A stretch of 64,000 bases of DNA from Chrysomallon squamiferum (GCA_012295275.1 CM022679.1:15562001-15626000); one strand, 5' to 3'; shown: positions 1 to 13,910, counted from the first letter of the stretch. A program made the numbers and translations. The notes: generated from the letters alone by a model not told the origin.

Positions 1-469
1 TTATTTATTTATTTATTTATTTTGATTTAAATTCGTATTTTCGACGCTGGAACCAGTAGTGCCTCTGTTATTGTTACATGTGGTTTCTTCCTTTAATAAT
101 AGTTCCCATTTATCAGCCAGTTTATCAAAGGCTGTGGTAAATGGTTCCCCGAATAAGGCAAAATTTCCTAATTCAAGCCAAAGATATAATTTGTTGAGAT
201 ATCAGAAAACAAAGATTTTTGTTCAGTATTTCTTCCTATGTATCCATCCATTTATCCATCTATTCATCCAAGCATCTCTTTTCACTTATCTAATTAGATA
301 TAAAAATACCTGAAAAGGTCAAAATAAATAACTATATTTTAATTTTAAAAAAGGAAACTAATTATTCATAAAGATTGCTGATTTATAATTTATTTTCATT
401 CTGTCTGCTGATAACGTTTTCGTGCGCTGTTACTCAGGACACAGAGAGGTTAATAACTTCTAAACTTTA

Positions 470-715
470 ATAAAAGGAGCCCGCAGCGTCACATAAACTT
501 CACCAACAGGTAAGCAACAAGGGGTCTTTTAGATGTACTTTCTAACGCCAACGCTAAAAAGTAAAAAAAAAAGAAAAAGATAAAGATAAAAATAGCAATA
601 ATAAAAAATAAAAATACTTCTTGTGAAAACGGAAATGAATAAATCATTAGGCCGATGAGGATTGATCTCTCGACCTATCACACGCAGACTTTCACCAGAG
701 GCCGGAACCTTAATG
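470..715 (-). mobile_element. Degenerate SINE-like copy, interrupted by an A-rich tract
   Basis: Reverse complement of about 650-690 (GGTCGAGAGATCAATCCTC) matches 57797-57815 (GGTCGCAAGATCAATCCTT). The segment AGCAACAAGGGGTCTTTTAGATG at about 513-535 resembles 48390-48410 and the reverse complement of 27010-27025. Confidence 0.5.
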
Positions 716-1364
716 AATTAACCAACAGAATAATTTACTGGTATGCCAATTCGAACTATGACCTTTACGCCTTGCTTACATTATGCTGTCTAGTTGTGCC
801 ATGTATCATTTACACATGGCTTGATGACGCCAAAAAGGCGTCAAAATAATCATTTTCGATTGTTTCGTTCCGCACGGAAAAAAATAAATAAAAGGAAAAC
901 AGATGATGGAAAATTACATACTGATGATTATCTCGTTAACTGTTATACAACCGACGACAGCTGAGAGATGAAAGAAAACATGGCCCATGTCAGACATGTC
1001 TAAACAACCGGTCCCGTGTCTTCGGTTTGTGTGTGCGAGTGAAGAGACAATGGCGTGCTGAATAAATACAAGTGAAACATAACAAATACATTAAGCAATA
1101 TAGGTTAAATATGTCATTTTTTTAATATAATTGTATTTACTAGTTGCGTAGATCGATGACGACGACGACAACGTTGATTTGATAGTCACTAGTGAAACCA
1201 GTTATTAATAGCAACGACAACAACACAGTAATAAAAATATTAATAATAATAATAATGATTATGATGATGATAATGATGAACATGATGATCATGGCTATGA
1301 TTACATACATCCAGACATATATGTAGTATGGATGCACATAAAACATATATATGTAGATCAGTAC

Positions 1365-1468
1365 GTATGTATGTATGTATGTATGTATGTATGTATGTAT
1401 GTATGTATGTATATATGTATGTATGTATGTAATCATAGCCATGATCATCATATTCATATATTCATCTC

Positions 1469-1517
<49 letters not shown>
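1365..1517. repeat. Compound microsatellite (ATGT)n, then (CT)n(AT)n
   Basis: Directly visible; generates the artefactual YIHT/MYVC ORFs. Confidence 0.95.
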
Positions 1518-1520
<3 letters not shown>

Positions 1521-2942
1521 CTACCGATAGACTGTAGCCTGCAGCCCCAGTTGTTAGACCAGGATGTGATAGCGTGATAGTTGGATGTATATCTACATTA
1601 AACACTTGTTGTTATCTTTGTTCTTCTGGAGTTATTTTCGTTACATCCGAATCAGACGATAGCATCAGCATTATGACGATAAAACAACAACAACAAAACT
1701 TGTAACGTCCAAGAATATACAGACCGGTGATAGGTCTGATTTATATATAACAGCCAAAACAGTTTAGACGACTATTTTTGTAGTATGTCTGAGATAACAA
1801 TGAAAAGGTGTGTTGAATGTGTTTATCTGACAGTAATTGAATTAATTGTTCTTAGGATAAAAAATGAGCAATAAAACCCATTTGAACAAAATGTAAAAAT
1901 AACAATAGCAATAACAATACTAACAATAATAATAATAACAATACTAATACTACTATAATTAGAAGAATAGTAATAATAATAACAGTTACTGGTGAATCGT
2001 TCACGTTTTTATATTGTTTTTATGATGATATATAGGTATTGTTGGCCGTGTGTTTTAAACAAATCATCTCGAATATAAACAGTTTATATCTTAGATGCAC
2101 CAACAAAACTATTATAAACGTAATAAACCAAAACAAAAAACAAAACAAAACAAAATAAAACCCATTAAAACCGCATAGAAAAAAAAATAAAAAATTAAAA
2201 AATTAAAAGAAGAAGAAGAAAAAAATAACAGGAACACAAGAGAAACCATAAAAAAATACCAAACAAAAAACAACAACAAACGAAACTGATATATTTATTG
2301 TTTTAGGGCATAATTAAACATTCATTCATTATACAGCAAAGTTTTTTTTTATGAAAATTTCAAAAACGTCTGTCTAACACTAATGCTGGTCGGGGAAGGC
2401 CGGGGGTATTAGTACAAAAATCTTCAATATTCAGAGACAGCGGCAACATACTTGCATAAATAATAATAATAATAAAAAAACACCCAACAACAACGATAAG
2501 TCATTAATATGGGCAGTGTGGTGATACATGAAAGTTCACACCTTTTATGAACTACCCTGGGATTAAAGTGTTAGAAAGGAATAAACGTTACCAGAACGTT
2601 ACTGGATGATCGCTGAATATGATTTCGTTTTTGGCTTCGAGCGACGCTTTTATGACACGTCTCTTTCTGATATACGATGACAAATGACCCTGACACAGTT
2701 TACGACTCTTGGCCTCTAGACGGGACGTCACTGTCCAGTGTGACAGGTACTGGCCACCACTGACCACACATGTTAGGTAACGGCGTTGGGTAACAGTAGA
2801 CAGAAGAAGTAACTAGGTCGAGTTGGGCTGGAGGTGCAAGAAGACCTTTTCGTGTTCTTGTCGGTTATCTGATGACCTAGGTCATAATTAGCTATGTCGT
2901 GTTCTTAGCACCCGCTATGTAACTTGTGAACTGATAAAAATG

Positions 2943-3068
2943 TACTACTACTACTACTACTATTACTACTTCTACTATTACTACTTCTACTACTACTACT
3001 GATAATATAATAATAATAAGAAAAAGAAGAAGAAGAAAAGAAGAAAAGAAGAAAATTAGAAGAAGAAA
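2943..3068. repeat. Compound trinucleotide tract (ACT)n-(AAT)n-(AGA)n
   Basis: Directly visible. Confidence 0.9.
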
Positions 3069-3174
3069 GAAACGAAGACAATACTACCATTAGTGTTACC
3101 ACCACCACCACAACAACCACAAGCACTACTACTGCTACTTTTGTAACTTTATCGTTAACAACACTACTAACTAC

Positions 3175-3207
<33 letters not shown>

Positions 3208-4802
3208 AATGGTCTATTTTTACAGTAGAAATGCAAAAACGGTGATGACCTTTAAAACCAATGGAATTGCAGCTAAAATACCAACAACACAACATCAACA
3301 TAATCAGTCATAATGGCTGGATTTGTTAACAGCCTGTACTAGAAATTACACCACTGTCGGATCAGTGTACTCCGCTGAGCTATTTTTCGTTTTGAAAAGT
3401 TCTCAACGAGTTGTTGGTGAAAGGCCATGGTACGTACTTTCTTGCTGAAAGTAGGTATTTAACGAACCTTAAAGGTCACGGGTAATGTTTTCTGTTGATA
3501 GCGCGGAATTAAAGATTCTTTTCTGTCTATTGGAATGATGGAAATTTGGCTCTATCCTAATGTCACTGTATGCAAATCATATACTTAACATCTGCTAAAG
3601 TTCTAATTAGAAAATACTGCAGATTAGTTAAAAAAAAAATTAATCTTAATTCATTCATTCATTTAATTAGTTTACTTTTAGTAATTGTTAATATTAATAT
3701 TTTACTACATTTTTGTTCTTAATTTTTTTTTTTTTTTTTTTTTATTTTTTTTACGCTTAATAATTAAATACTAGCATTTATTATTTATTAATATTTTTTT
3801 TAATATAATTCAAAAAATAAAAAAATAAAAATGTAGGATCATTATTACAATAGTCTATAACATAAACAACAATACATTGAATAAACAATAACAAAAATAA
3901 TAAATAAAATAATTAAACATACAAACGGAAATTAAAATATTAATGTTACAAGAAAAATATAGGAAATGAAATTAAGATATGAATACAAATTTAGGCAATA
4001 TGTCTTAGCTTAAGAAATTTAGAGTGATCACGTATCTGTCTCTATAGTATTTATTTCACTACTGTGAAATTGGATTTCGCTGTTGTGTATTTCCAAAATA
4101 AATCTCTTTGACACTGGATAGGTCCGCAGGTCTCACAACTAAACTGGGTTATTTATACATTCGTCGATTTCAACGTTACTGTCTGTTTTTAATGACCAAA
4201 TTATACTTCTTTTCAGCTTGTTTAAATTCTATTTTGTGCAAGAGTTTTCATTATTTTATCATTTATGTATCTGTCTGTAATTATTAGATTGTTTAAATTA
4301 TACCTGTTTTTACCTACATATGTATGTTCAAGCATACATGCACAGATACATATATGCATTCATACCTAAAAACACAGATGCATACATACATTCACCAATC
4401 TACTACATATATGCATATTTATGCATACACATAACGCATACACAAATTCACATACATCTGTTTTAATAAAGATGAAGAAGAAGAAACAAAAGGAAAGAAA
4501 AAAGAAAAATAATTTTAAACAATATTTTTAAGCAAAACCCTAATTATCACTGACATCTACTTCTCTGTGACAACGTTATCACTCTTTTTTTTTTTTTTTT
4601 TTTTTTTTTCTAACGTGTTGACAAAACCCTGTTTTGAGAGTCTCAAAGTCTAATAATTTATTTTCACCGAAAGCAGCACTTTATTAATTATTTACAATTA
4701 CACGCAAATCCGCCAAATCCAGTTTAATCTCCTTCCCAGTGATTTATTTTAGATCTGCTAGTGCTAGCTGCTCTGCAGTTGTATAGAGATAGCGGTGCTC
4801 TG

Positions 4803-4812
4803 TGATTTATGG
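4803..4812 (+). promoter_or_regulatory. PBX-HOX composite-like site TGATTTATGG
   Basis: Match to the TGATNNATNN PBX/Exd-HOX consensus inside a unique-sequence island; a single short motif. Confidence 0.25.
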
Positions 4813-6377
4813 AGTGATATACGTAAGTAATTTATATGTAACGCGATTGGAGCGACGCTTCTTTCTTGTTGTCTTTGTTGTCGCCCCTGGCAATTCTTGT
4901 GACACTTGACGAATATTCCCGGCTTGTGACACGTTCCTAATTATTCAAAACTTGTTATGTTTAAATACTTCAGTGTATTTATGTTAGTGTGTCTGCTAAA
5001 AATATTCGTCGTGGTTTGTCAGTTCAGATGCTGCAGAATGTTGTCGTAAAATAGAAAATTACTTGTAAGTTAAATAATGTTAAACTGATAGTTTTTTAAG
5101 CGACATTTTAAGAATTATTTCTATGTCAACCTTTTAGGTCAAATGTACTGTTAAAGAAAATAAGGTATGCAAGACAAACGAAAGAAAGAAATAACGGATG
5201 AAAAAGAGAAAAAAACAAAGGAAAGAAAGTTAAAAAGAAAAACAAACATTATTAAAAAAAAAAAAATTATTTCTATCAGCTTAAAATGTGTTAAAACATT
5301 ACTAGGGCCAAAAAATTTGACACAACTTGAATCTGGCTTTACGTGATTGTTCAGATAAGTTTGGCGATGTTCGTCTTTACTAACTTTTTATCCCTCTTTA
5401 GCAGTTATTATTATACATGCATTTCTATTTTTTTATTATTATTAAAAAAATTTTTTTATTATTATTATTTTTTTTTTTTTTAGTGAAATTCTTTATTCTG
5501 ATGATGATGTATTTTATTACTATTTATGTATTTTTTTATTATTATTTTAAATATTTAAATCTGAACTAAGCTTTAATTTATTCTTCACCGCTTATTCTTT
5601 TGAACTCTCTGTTTTAAATCACTCTTCAGATTAACAATAGAATTACAAAATTCACTAGTAACCACCAGAAACCTGCGACTTCTAATTTAAAATTATACTT
5701 GTCTGATGCTTTTAAGATGTCAAAAAATTTACGACCGCTAATTGTATGCTTTGTAGAGCGCTTTCGTCAATAAAAAACACGAGCTTAAAACATGCGGGTC
5801 TATCTGATACTGTTGATGAAAGTGTGAACATTTGTGCATTGACATCAAGTGAAAAAGAAAACCTTTCTATTATAAAGGTGAACATAGGCATGAAGCTAAT
5901 GCTGAGTAAATTTGTTACATTTTACAGGTGTCGCCTTTTTGACAATTAACGCCACAAAGGACGGTATTAAAAGATATTTTTTCTAACTTTCATTTTGAAG
6001 GGTTTCTCCCAGGTATGGTTCCTTTCCATTAAGCGGAACCTAATCATAAAAGATACAGAAAAAGAAAAATTGCAATTGTGACGAGTTAAAGTAAAATAAA
6101 AATTAAAATGATGGAAATTGAAAGTGACAGATATTATGATCTGTGAATTAACTGAAAGTAATTATGTCGTTAAGCTAGAGCTGTGGATGGCGGGTCACAT
6201 AAGAGGAGATTAATGTGGATTATGTTAATACTGATCCGTTAAATACTGTGTCTGACTGGTGGCAAATGAATAAAAATCATACATTAGTGATAATAAACTC
6301 AACTGTTATGACATCACTTGATGTGTGGAATAGTGATTAGGAGATCCGATTTAATGTCATGACTAAGTGTTTTTAAA

Positions 6378-6450
<73 letters not shown>
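6378..6450. repeat. (AAT)n microsatellite
   Basis: Directly visible perfect tract. Confidence 0.97.
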
Positions 6451-6453
<3 letters not shown>

Positions 6454-7067
6454 CAAAATAAACATAAGAGATAACAGAACAAAACAAAATAAAACAGGAA
6501 GAAACAAAATTTAATCATAATTAAAGTACAGCTGAACAAAACAAAAAACATTTATTTATATAAATAAATAGGTAAACAAACAAAACAAAGTAAAAAGCCA
6601 AACAAAACAATAACAATAACAATAACAATAAGAAATAAGAAATAAAATAAAAATATATACCCAAACAGAATTAAACCTAAACTGAAATAAAAATAACAGA
6701 AGAAAAGATGGTGATTAAAACAACAACAACAACTGCTGCCCTTCGTTAAGCACATGCCTATAAACACAAGGTGAAAATAATTTGATAAATTATCCAGAAT
6801 GGAACAGCAAGCATGTGACCTTGACATTTCGTTCAAGCAATTCGTCACTTGCAGCGCGCGCTCACACACACATTTTTCTCATCTTGCAGCGGCAGCTTCC
6901 TTGACGCGACAGACACGAAAGGCATTCTGGGTCATAGGTAGTGCACGTGATGGAATATCCATGCATTTGTTTACTTATATTTAATTTATAAACTGACATC
7001 TATTTGTTTTAAGAAGACAATTAATGAAAACGTGTTAAGATTTGTCTTCTTTGGACTTCATTTTCTT

Positions 7068-7069
<2 letters not shown>

Positions 7070-7110
<41 letters not shown>

Positions 7111-7171
7111 TAGTAGTAGTAGTAGTAGGAGTAGCAGTAGTAGTAACAGTAGTAGAAGTAGTAGTAGTAGT
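7070..7171. repeat. (AAT)n-(AGT)n compound microsatellite
   Basis: Directly visible. Confidence 0.92.
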
Positions 7172-7354
7172 AATGAAAATGAAAAACACAAAGAAAAAAG
7201 ATAGGAATATATAACGTATACATATTGTCATAAACAGTTATCGATGAAATGTATGTATGTATGTATGTACAAGTGTAGGAACATGTTTATAGATATCTCT
7301 TTTAAAGACAAACATACACAAACAAATGATGCTTTACATTTTTACTGTATATCT

Positions 7355-7426
7355 GAATCAATGAATAAATAAAACGTTTAATGACATACCACTACCAGGA
7401 AAACATTAACTATTGGGTGTCAAATA
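7355..7426 (-). mobile_element. SINE-like 3' tail fragment
   Basis: GTTTAATGACA...TATTGGGTGTC resembles the reverse complement of 27101-27158 (GAATGTTTAACGACAC...TATTAGATG) and 48281-48330. Confidence 0.4.
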
Positions 7427-7788
7427 GAAGAAAAAAAAAGGTGAATTATAACTATCTGCAGGTCAAATGTCAGTAGCTGGATGCATCTTACGATTATGAG
7501 AAGCTCGTTAAAAGTGGATGCTGTGTTTTTAACAGTCGTATGCATAACAATGTGTCAAGTGTGGTTGAAAATATGACACTGCATGTTAAAGATTTCATTT
7601 TAGTACGTTGTCTCGGCGGGCTGTTTCCAGAAATGTTGGCCATTCCGCCAGAAGTAGCTTTATAATGTCCATTTAATATTCAGCTCACACAAATAACGGC
7701 CATTTGAACGCGAGCCCAGCAAGAAGCGATAGTAAAAGGAGAACAGGAACAGGACTTAGGACCGCTTGGTGTGGTCGCCATCACTCAC

Positions 7789-7822
7789 CTTGCTGCTACA
7801 GAAAGCAGCGGATGATTTGGAT
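7789..7822 (-). other. Candidate 34-nt exon
   Basis: Minus strand reads ttctgtttaggatttcag|ATCCAAATCATCCGCTGCTTTCTGTAGCAGCAAG|gtgagt, with a perfect-consensus donor. Confidence 0.35.
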
Positions 7823-8025
7823 CTGAAATCCTAAACAGAAATTATTTAATAATGTAAATGTATTAATAGAAAATGGTTATATAGGATAAGATGATGGTGA
7901 TGAAAAAGAAAAAAAAAAGAAGTAAAAAATCTCTTTTTTTGATACAAACAAATAGTTGCTATTTTATTTTGATTTTTATAACGATGACAGAGGCAAACAT
8001 CATTTCAAATAGCTATTCAACGTAC

Positions 8026-8026
<1 letters not shown>

Positions 8027-8093
<67 letters not shown>

Positions 8094-8173
8094 AAGAAGA
8101 AGAAGAAAAAGAAGATGATGATGAAGAAGAAGGAGAAAAAATAAAATGAAGAAGATGAAGAAAAATAAAATGA
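8027..8173. repeat. (AAT)n-(AAG)n-(GAT)n compound microsatellite
   Basis: Directly visible. Confidence 0.93.
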
Positions 8174-9373
8174 TGATGCAAATGTAACTCGAATCACGTA
8201 TGTTTCAGCAATAAAAGGAGAGACTAACAGACAGATCTCGGCCAACGCCCACTTATCAAGACCCCTGCCCTCAGAGTTTGAAATTGTTGAAGTTGTAAAT
8301 GTTAAGTATTTCATGTCTTGCAAAACACTTGTCAACATTTACAAGGGGAAATAAGTATGGCACTGGTTCTCTGAAATGACAGGTAACATCGGAAAAAGTG
8401 GCACAGAAATTCATCAAGTTCTCCGCTAACAACGCTGTGAACTTCCGCCAGAGCTAGCTTTTAGTTTTTTATTAATTCTTTTTTTTAAACGAAAGGAAAG
8501 TTAATTAATTTTTACTGGAGTTGCTCCGTATTGGAAGTGGATGCAATAATGTTTGCTTACTAGCATAATTTATAATTACATGCGTCTGTTTTTGAATATA
8601 CCTGTTTGTCGCCTACCCCCTTCTCTTTCCCACAGTTATCAGTTGAGTATTCAATAGTTCTCTCTTATTTTCTCTGTGTGAATGTGTGCACATTTTATTT
8701 AGAACTGAAAAATAATACAGAACGTCTTGCACTACAACAAAGAAAAGAAGAAAAAAAAAATATAACAAAAATAGCCATACCATAAATAAATAAATGGAAA
8801 ATAATACAAAACAAACTTTAATAATTTATTTATTTCTGAATATATAAAATGCTGCGCTAAGCAGATATTCTAATTTTAAAAAAAATTTATTTTCTTTGTA
8901 CTTTTAAAATAAACGTATGACATTATATTTTTTCTTCTGATTCTTTCTTCTTTTTTTTTGTTGATTTTTTAGTTGTATGTGACAGAAATACAAAATGTTG
9001 CACTATCAATCTAGACATAACATTATACACTAGAGCGCTGTAAGTTGTGACGTCACTACATGACACCAGTAGATGATAGATTGCTTGGCACTCACAGTTT
9101 CCGAGCCACAAAAGATTTTTTTAACTTCTAAAATAAACACTACACGTGTTTCAGCTAGAAATATCATCGCATTTAATTCAGCGGTTTATGAAACAAAGCC
9201 CTGGATTATAATATATCTATATAAAAGTCATTTCAGACATGACGACATTTTTGTAACGATCTGACATACGACTGTCGTAAATGCTGTAGCATATCTGTGT
9301 TGTATACTGTGCATCGCTTTTAAAGTTAGCGTATTTTGTTTTTGGATTGGTAAAAAGCATAATTTTAATCTGA

Positions 9374-9375
<2 letters not shown>

Positions 9376-9442
<67 letters not shown>
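9376..9442. repeat. (CT)n microsatellite
   Basis: Directly visible. Confidence 0.97.
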
Positions 9443-9444
<2 letters not shown>

Positions 9445-9538
9445 CCCCTGTATGTGTGTAAGTGTATCGATATATGTCTAAATATTGTCTAGTCTGAATA
9501 ATACATCCGTACATATCTGTACTTGATATGCAGTAGTG

Positions 9539-9576
<38 letters not shown>

Positions 9577-9942
9577 TGTTTAAAATAAAAAGAGATATCG
9601 TATTGCATTAATAATCCGATAAACAAATAAATCTCCATATTTTATGGATCTAAACGCATGGTAAATTACAAAACAGTGTTAACCAATTACATATTACTTG
9701 TGATTTTTTTTCGTACTATTGTACACTATTATAACTTTTTACAACGAGTAATTTATTAAACTGATATGATACGTTCTAATGTTGCTGCATGAATGACAGA
9801 TACCCACTAACGCCCTTCTATCAACATAAACGGATTTAGAATTTATTAAAAGGGAGAGCCAATAAGGTTTTTAAAGGACCGTTTTTAAGATAGAATAAGT
9901 TTTAAAAAATAAGAAAAACAAACAAACAAACAAACAAACAAA

Positions 9943-9973
<31 letters not shown>

Positions 9974-11149
9974 ATATCGATCGCAGGAAAAAAAAAAAAA
10001 TTAATAAAAAGAAAATAGAAAATGGTCCTTACCAACACTTCATTGTTTAATTTGTTTCTCCTTTCCTCTCCAAATAAAAAAAACAACAAAAAACCCCACC
10101 AAAAACCCCCCAACAATAACAAAAAAAAAAAAAAAAAAAAATCTCAGTATTGCATTATTACGAAATAACGTTCTTCAGTATATGTTATAGTTTTCAGAAG
10201 ACAAAATTCTACAGTATTCCCCTAACAGTTTTATTATCTTCTACTCAGACTAATAACTATGTTAACATGAAATGCACAGCGACGGCCTTGCGGCCATTTT
10301 ACACCTAGATACATCTAATTTGCCATTCAAAACCCGTAGATTAGAATTAATGTCAATTAGCGATTGTGTTAAATTCTTGATAAATTACAAGCTGATTACC
10401 TGGAATTGAATTAAATGATTTTTGTTTTTTTCTTTTTCAACTAAGACGTGCTACTTTCATGTTTATAACAAAAAAACAGACAGAAAGACAAACAAACGAA
10501 CAATTACAATTAAAAAAATCATAAATAATAATAATAATAAAAATAATAATAATGAAGAAAAAAGATGATGATGAAAATGCGATTCGTATCACATATTTTA
10601 AATAAATAAATAAATAAATAAATAATGACATTAATAACAACAATAGCAATAATAATAATGACGATGGTGACAATGATGATGACGATGATTGCAACAACAG
10701 CAGCATTAATGATGATGATGGTAATAATAATGCATTTATTTAACCATGTTTCAACATATTTATTATTTTATTATTAGTTGTCAGACGTTTATTAATAATT
10801 ATTATTAATAAATATTAATAATAATATGTGAGTAGCTATGTTTGGAATGGGAAATTCCACAATGGAAGTCATTTTTTATACCTAGACACTAGAATAATTA
10901 CTCTAGAAAAAACACGACATATTTCTAACACTAAAAATGAATGGGGGAAATACCCCCCTCAAAAAAAAAAAAAAAAAAACAACGAAGAAGCAGAAGAAGA
11001 AAAGAAAAGCAGTAAAAAGAAAAAACGATTTAAATCAGTTTAATTTAGGTTCTTCCAGGCTTGGTAACATAACACCTCAGAAAAACCTTTTCTTTTTTAT
11101 TCGGTCTGGGAGACACTTTGTATACCTTATAAATCTTTGCCTTCACATC

Positions 11150-11182
<33 letters not shown>

Positions 11183-11847
11183 GACTATTAACAGACTCAT
11201 TTTGAAATGTGAGGCAAACATAAATAATTCCGACCTACAAAAGCGTATTCAGTTTCAAACGGCGGGAAACACCCAGACGGTCTTGTCGAGTAGCTCCTGC
11301 TCAGTAAGGCGAGCAGCCGTGAACGTCTTTCACTCCGTCGTGAGAGCAGACGACACAGTAGCAGACACATGAAAACGACATCCGGGGACAAGAGACGCAG
11401 GGTTTGGGTACAGCAGACGTCGGAGTTCAGATTCATTTGTAGAAGGCCGAAGAAAAAAAAAAAAAAGATATGAAGAAGAAGAAGAAGAAAAAAGCTGTTA
11501 TATCTGTGCGATTATATTACAAGTTGTGAAAATGACAACAAAAAGACCGATTTCCGGCTGTCATTGTGATTACACATTAAACAGACATGCCCAGTCCTAA
11601 AATACGGAGGTAGTGTGAACTGACAGGCGAATATAAAGGAACGTGGTCTTAGCCCGGTAAACCTCATTTAAAATGATAGGAAATCGTCCATCTAAAGTTC
11701 TCGTCCCGCTTTATCTAATGTTCTTCATTTTCACTTTGGAGGTGGAGAAATAATTAGATACTTACAGTCCTCTCATAGTTCAATATTTTTGGTGTGAAGC
11801 AGTTTGAAAATTAGTACATATAATGGGTTAGATATTTAAATAGGTGG

Positions 11848-11954
11848 AAATATACATAATATTATATAGCTATATATATATCTATATGTATATATATATT
11901 TATATATAAATATACATAATATTATATAGCTACATATATATCTATATGTATATG

Positions 11955-11955
<1 letters not shown>
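11848..11955. repeat. 60-bp-period tandem duplication (AAATATACATAATATTATATAGCTA...TCTATATGTATAT)
   Basis: Near-identical copies start at 11848 and 11908. Confidence 0.9.

Positions 11956-11959
<4 letters not shown>

Positions 11960-12048
<89 letters not shown>
11960..12048. repeat. (TA)n(GA)n microsatellite
   Basis: Directly visible. Confidence 0.97.
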
Positions 12049-12053
<5 letters not shown>

Positions 12054-12773
12054 GGAGAAGCAATAGCAGTAGGAGCAGTAATACTATTAGTAGCAGTAAC
12101 AGCAGCAGCAATACTAGTAATAGTAATAGCACGAGTGGTAGTAATAGCAGTAGTTATAACAGTAGTCATCTTATTTACGATGATGGTGATGATCCACAGA
12201 CAGACATTAAAGAAAGAATGAACTGCGATGACAGCTGTAACAATAAGAAGCACTACTGTTACACCACCGGTTGATAATAATAAGAGAAATAATGGGCAAC
12301 AAATAAAAGAATAAGACTTGTAGACGGCTTTCACGAGTCTGGGAGAATCCCCGACAGCCGTGACTTGTATTCACTCGGAGAAGAGACACCAAAGGTCATC
12401 CCGAGTGTTTATCATGGATTAACAGCAAAGAGCTTAATCCAGAATCATCCACTGGTAAAGCGCAACATTGTCTGTCTAATAAGGAGAAGAAAAAAAGACG
12501 ACAATGTACGCGTGGTTCACCTCGGCATTAGTTCCACGACCTCCGTCTTTGATGACGTCTTTCAGAACTACATGCCGAAGTGTGTTTCGTTGTAGAAGCA
12601 TTTGTTCGGGGATTTTCGTCGCTTTAAATGGTATATGTTAAGCTGCTGAAGGTGACAGGTTATGGCCGTACCGTTTTAACTCGGCAGTCGGTTGCGATAC
12701 CGGTTGTACTGGTATCGGATCGGAATGGATGACGGTCTGGGACAAACAAGTACTCTTGACATAACAACAGTCT

Positions 12774-12788
12774 AGATGTTATCTCGAG
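12774..12788. promoter_or_regulatory. Palindromic GATA site AGAT-GTT-ATCT (copy 1 of the 15-mer AGATGTTATCTCGAG)
   Basis: An identical 15-mer recurs at 13896-13910. Confidence 0.4.
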
Positions 12789-13215
12789 ACTAATACACCA
12801 CTGAGAAGCATTTTGTGCATGGAAAAATGTTTTTCCAATGTTGTTAATTAAGAAGACCGGGTAAATAAAGTGATTTTAGATGCACAGTTTTTTTTTTTTT
12901 ATTAGTTATATGTGAAATCCACTGGATTAACTATTATTATCTTTTTCCTTTCTGTCATAAAAGAACCGCCTACCCGACTCCCCCCCCAAAAAAAAAAAAA
13001 ATAAAAAAATAAAATAAAATAAAGATTAAATAACAGAAATAAAAGGAATAAAAAAAGAAAAAATAACAACACATTATAGATATATTATTATTATTATTAT
13101 TATTTAAATGAAATGATACAAATGGAAGTAAATAATCTTTTCAATATTAATATATGCCTGTCAGTCAGATGCTTTGATTAATATACAGAAACGTACACCT
13201 AAGAACTCACCTAAT

Positions 13216-13233
13216 TATGTGTGTATATGTATG

Positions 13234-13265
<32 letters not shown>

Positions 13266-13275
13266 TGTATGTATG

Positions 13276-13326
<51 letters not shown>

Positions 13327-13392
13327 ATATATAGATGTATATATGTATGTATGTAACTGTGTATGTGTGTGTGTGTATATATATATATATAT
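13216..13392. repeat. (ATGT)n/(AT)n/(GT)n compound microsatellite
   Basis: Directly visible. Confidence 0.95.
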
Positions 13393-13444
13393 TCCTTTTA
13401 ACTTATTTTATTTTGCTTTAGTGTTTCTTTATCACTGCTCTCAC

Positions 13445-13690
13445 CGCGGGTTTTGATTTCAGCTTGTCTTGCTACTAGAAGACGTTTAAATATGTGTTTG
13501 TTTTTGTGCTTTCTCTCCTCCTTGTTTATGTGTTTTTTGATAACTCGCAAGTGTAAGGCAATCAGTCTCGACCGAGACACCAGTCTGCACGACGTCTGTT
13601 CTCCGCCAGTCCTTCTTGTTTTCCACACACAATTCGTTACACGGCCCTGTCGGCATTCAGCCCTGTTTTACGAGAGCCCGTTATATAGGC
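13445..13690 (-). promoter_or_regulatory. Candidate TATA promoter and non-coding first exon
   Basis: Minus strand has CCTATATAACGGG (TATA at 13687-13681) in GC-rich context, followed by UTR-like sequence that ends at donor GCG|GTGAGA (exon end 13445). Confidence 0.35.
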
Positions 13691-13892
13691 TTGCCACCTC
13701 GCCTAAGCCTCGAGATTTGAAGCTTTCAGTCGGAGTGTTTTAATATCCCTCCCCAAACCTTAAACACCGGCTGGTGTGCATGTATCTCTCGTTCAATGGG
13801 AGAACAAACGTTTTATCGAAATATGGCAGAGAATCAAAAACCACCCCGACCAATTCTCTCGGTAACATACGGGGGTAATTTTAGCTTCCCTT

Positions 13893-13910
13893 TCGAGATG
13901 TTATCTCGAG
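13893..13910. promoter_or_regulatory. Palindromic GATA site TCGAGAT-GTT-ATCTCGA (copy 2)
   Basis: Perfect 7-bp inverted repeat with a 3-nt spacer; shares a 15-mer with 12774. Confidence 0.4.

Noticed and set aside
8356-8410. TATGGCACTGGT matches the 5' end of miR-183/263
   Set aside because: The 3' half differs and no good hairpin forms
10331-10352. AACCCGTAGAT matches the first 11 nt of miR-100
   Set aside because: The sequence diverges afterwards (TAGAATTAATG) and there is no complementary star arm
11197-11436. 79-aa ATG ORF on the minus strand in a GC island
   Set aside because: No recognisable homology or splice signals; composition is typical of translated non-coding GC-rich DNA
12695-12717. 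10-bp stem-loop CGATACCGGT-TGT-ACTGGTATCG
   Set aside because: Short and isolated; no U-tract, and a Rho-independent terminator is not relevant in a eukaryote; plausible by chance
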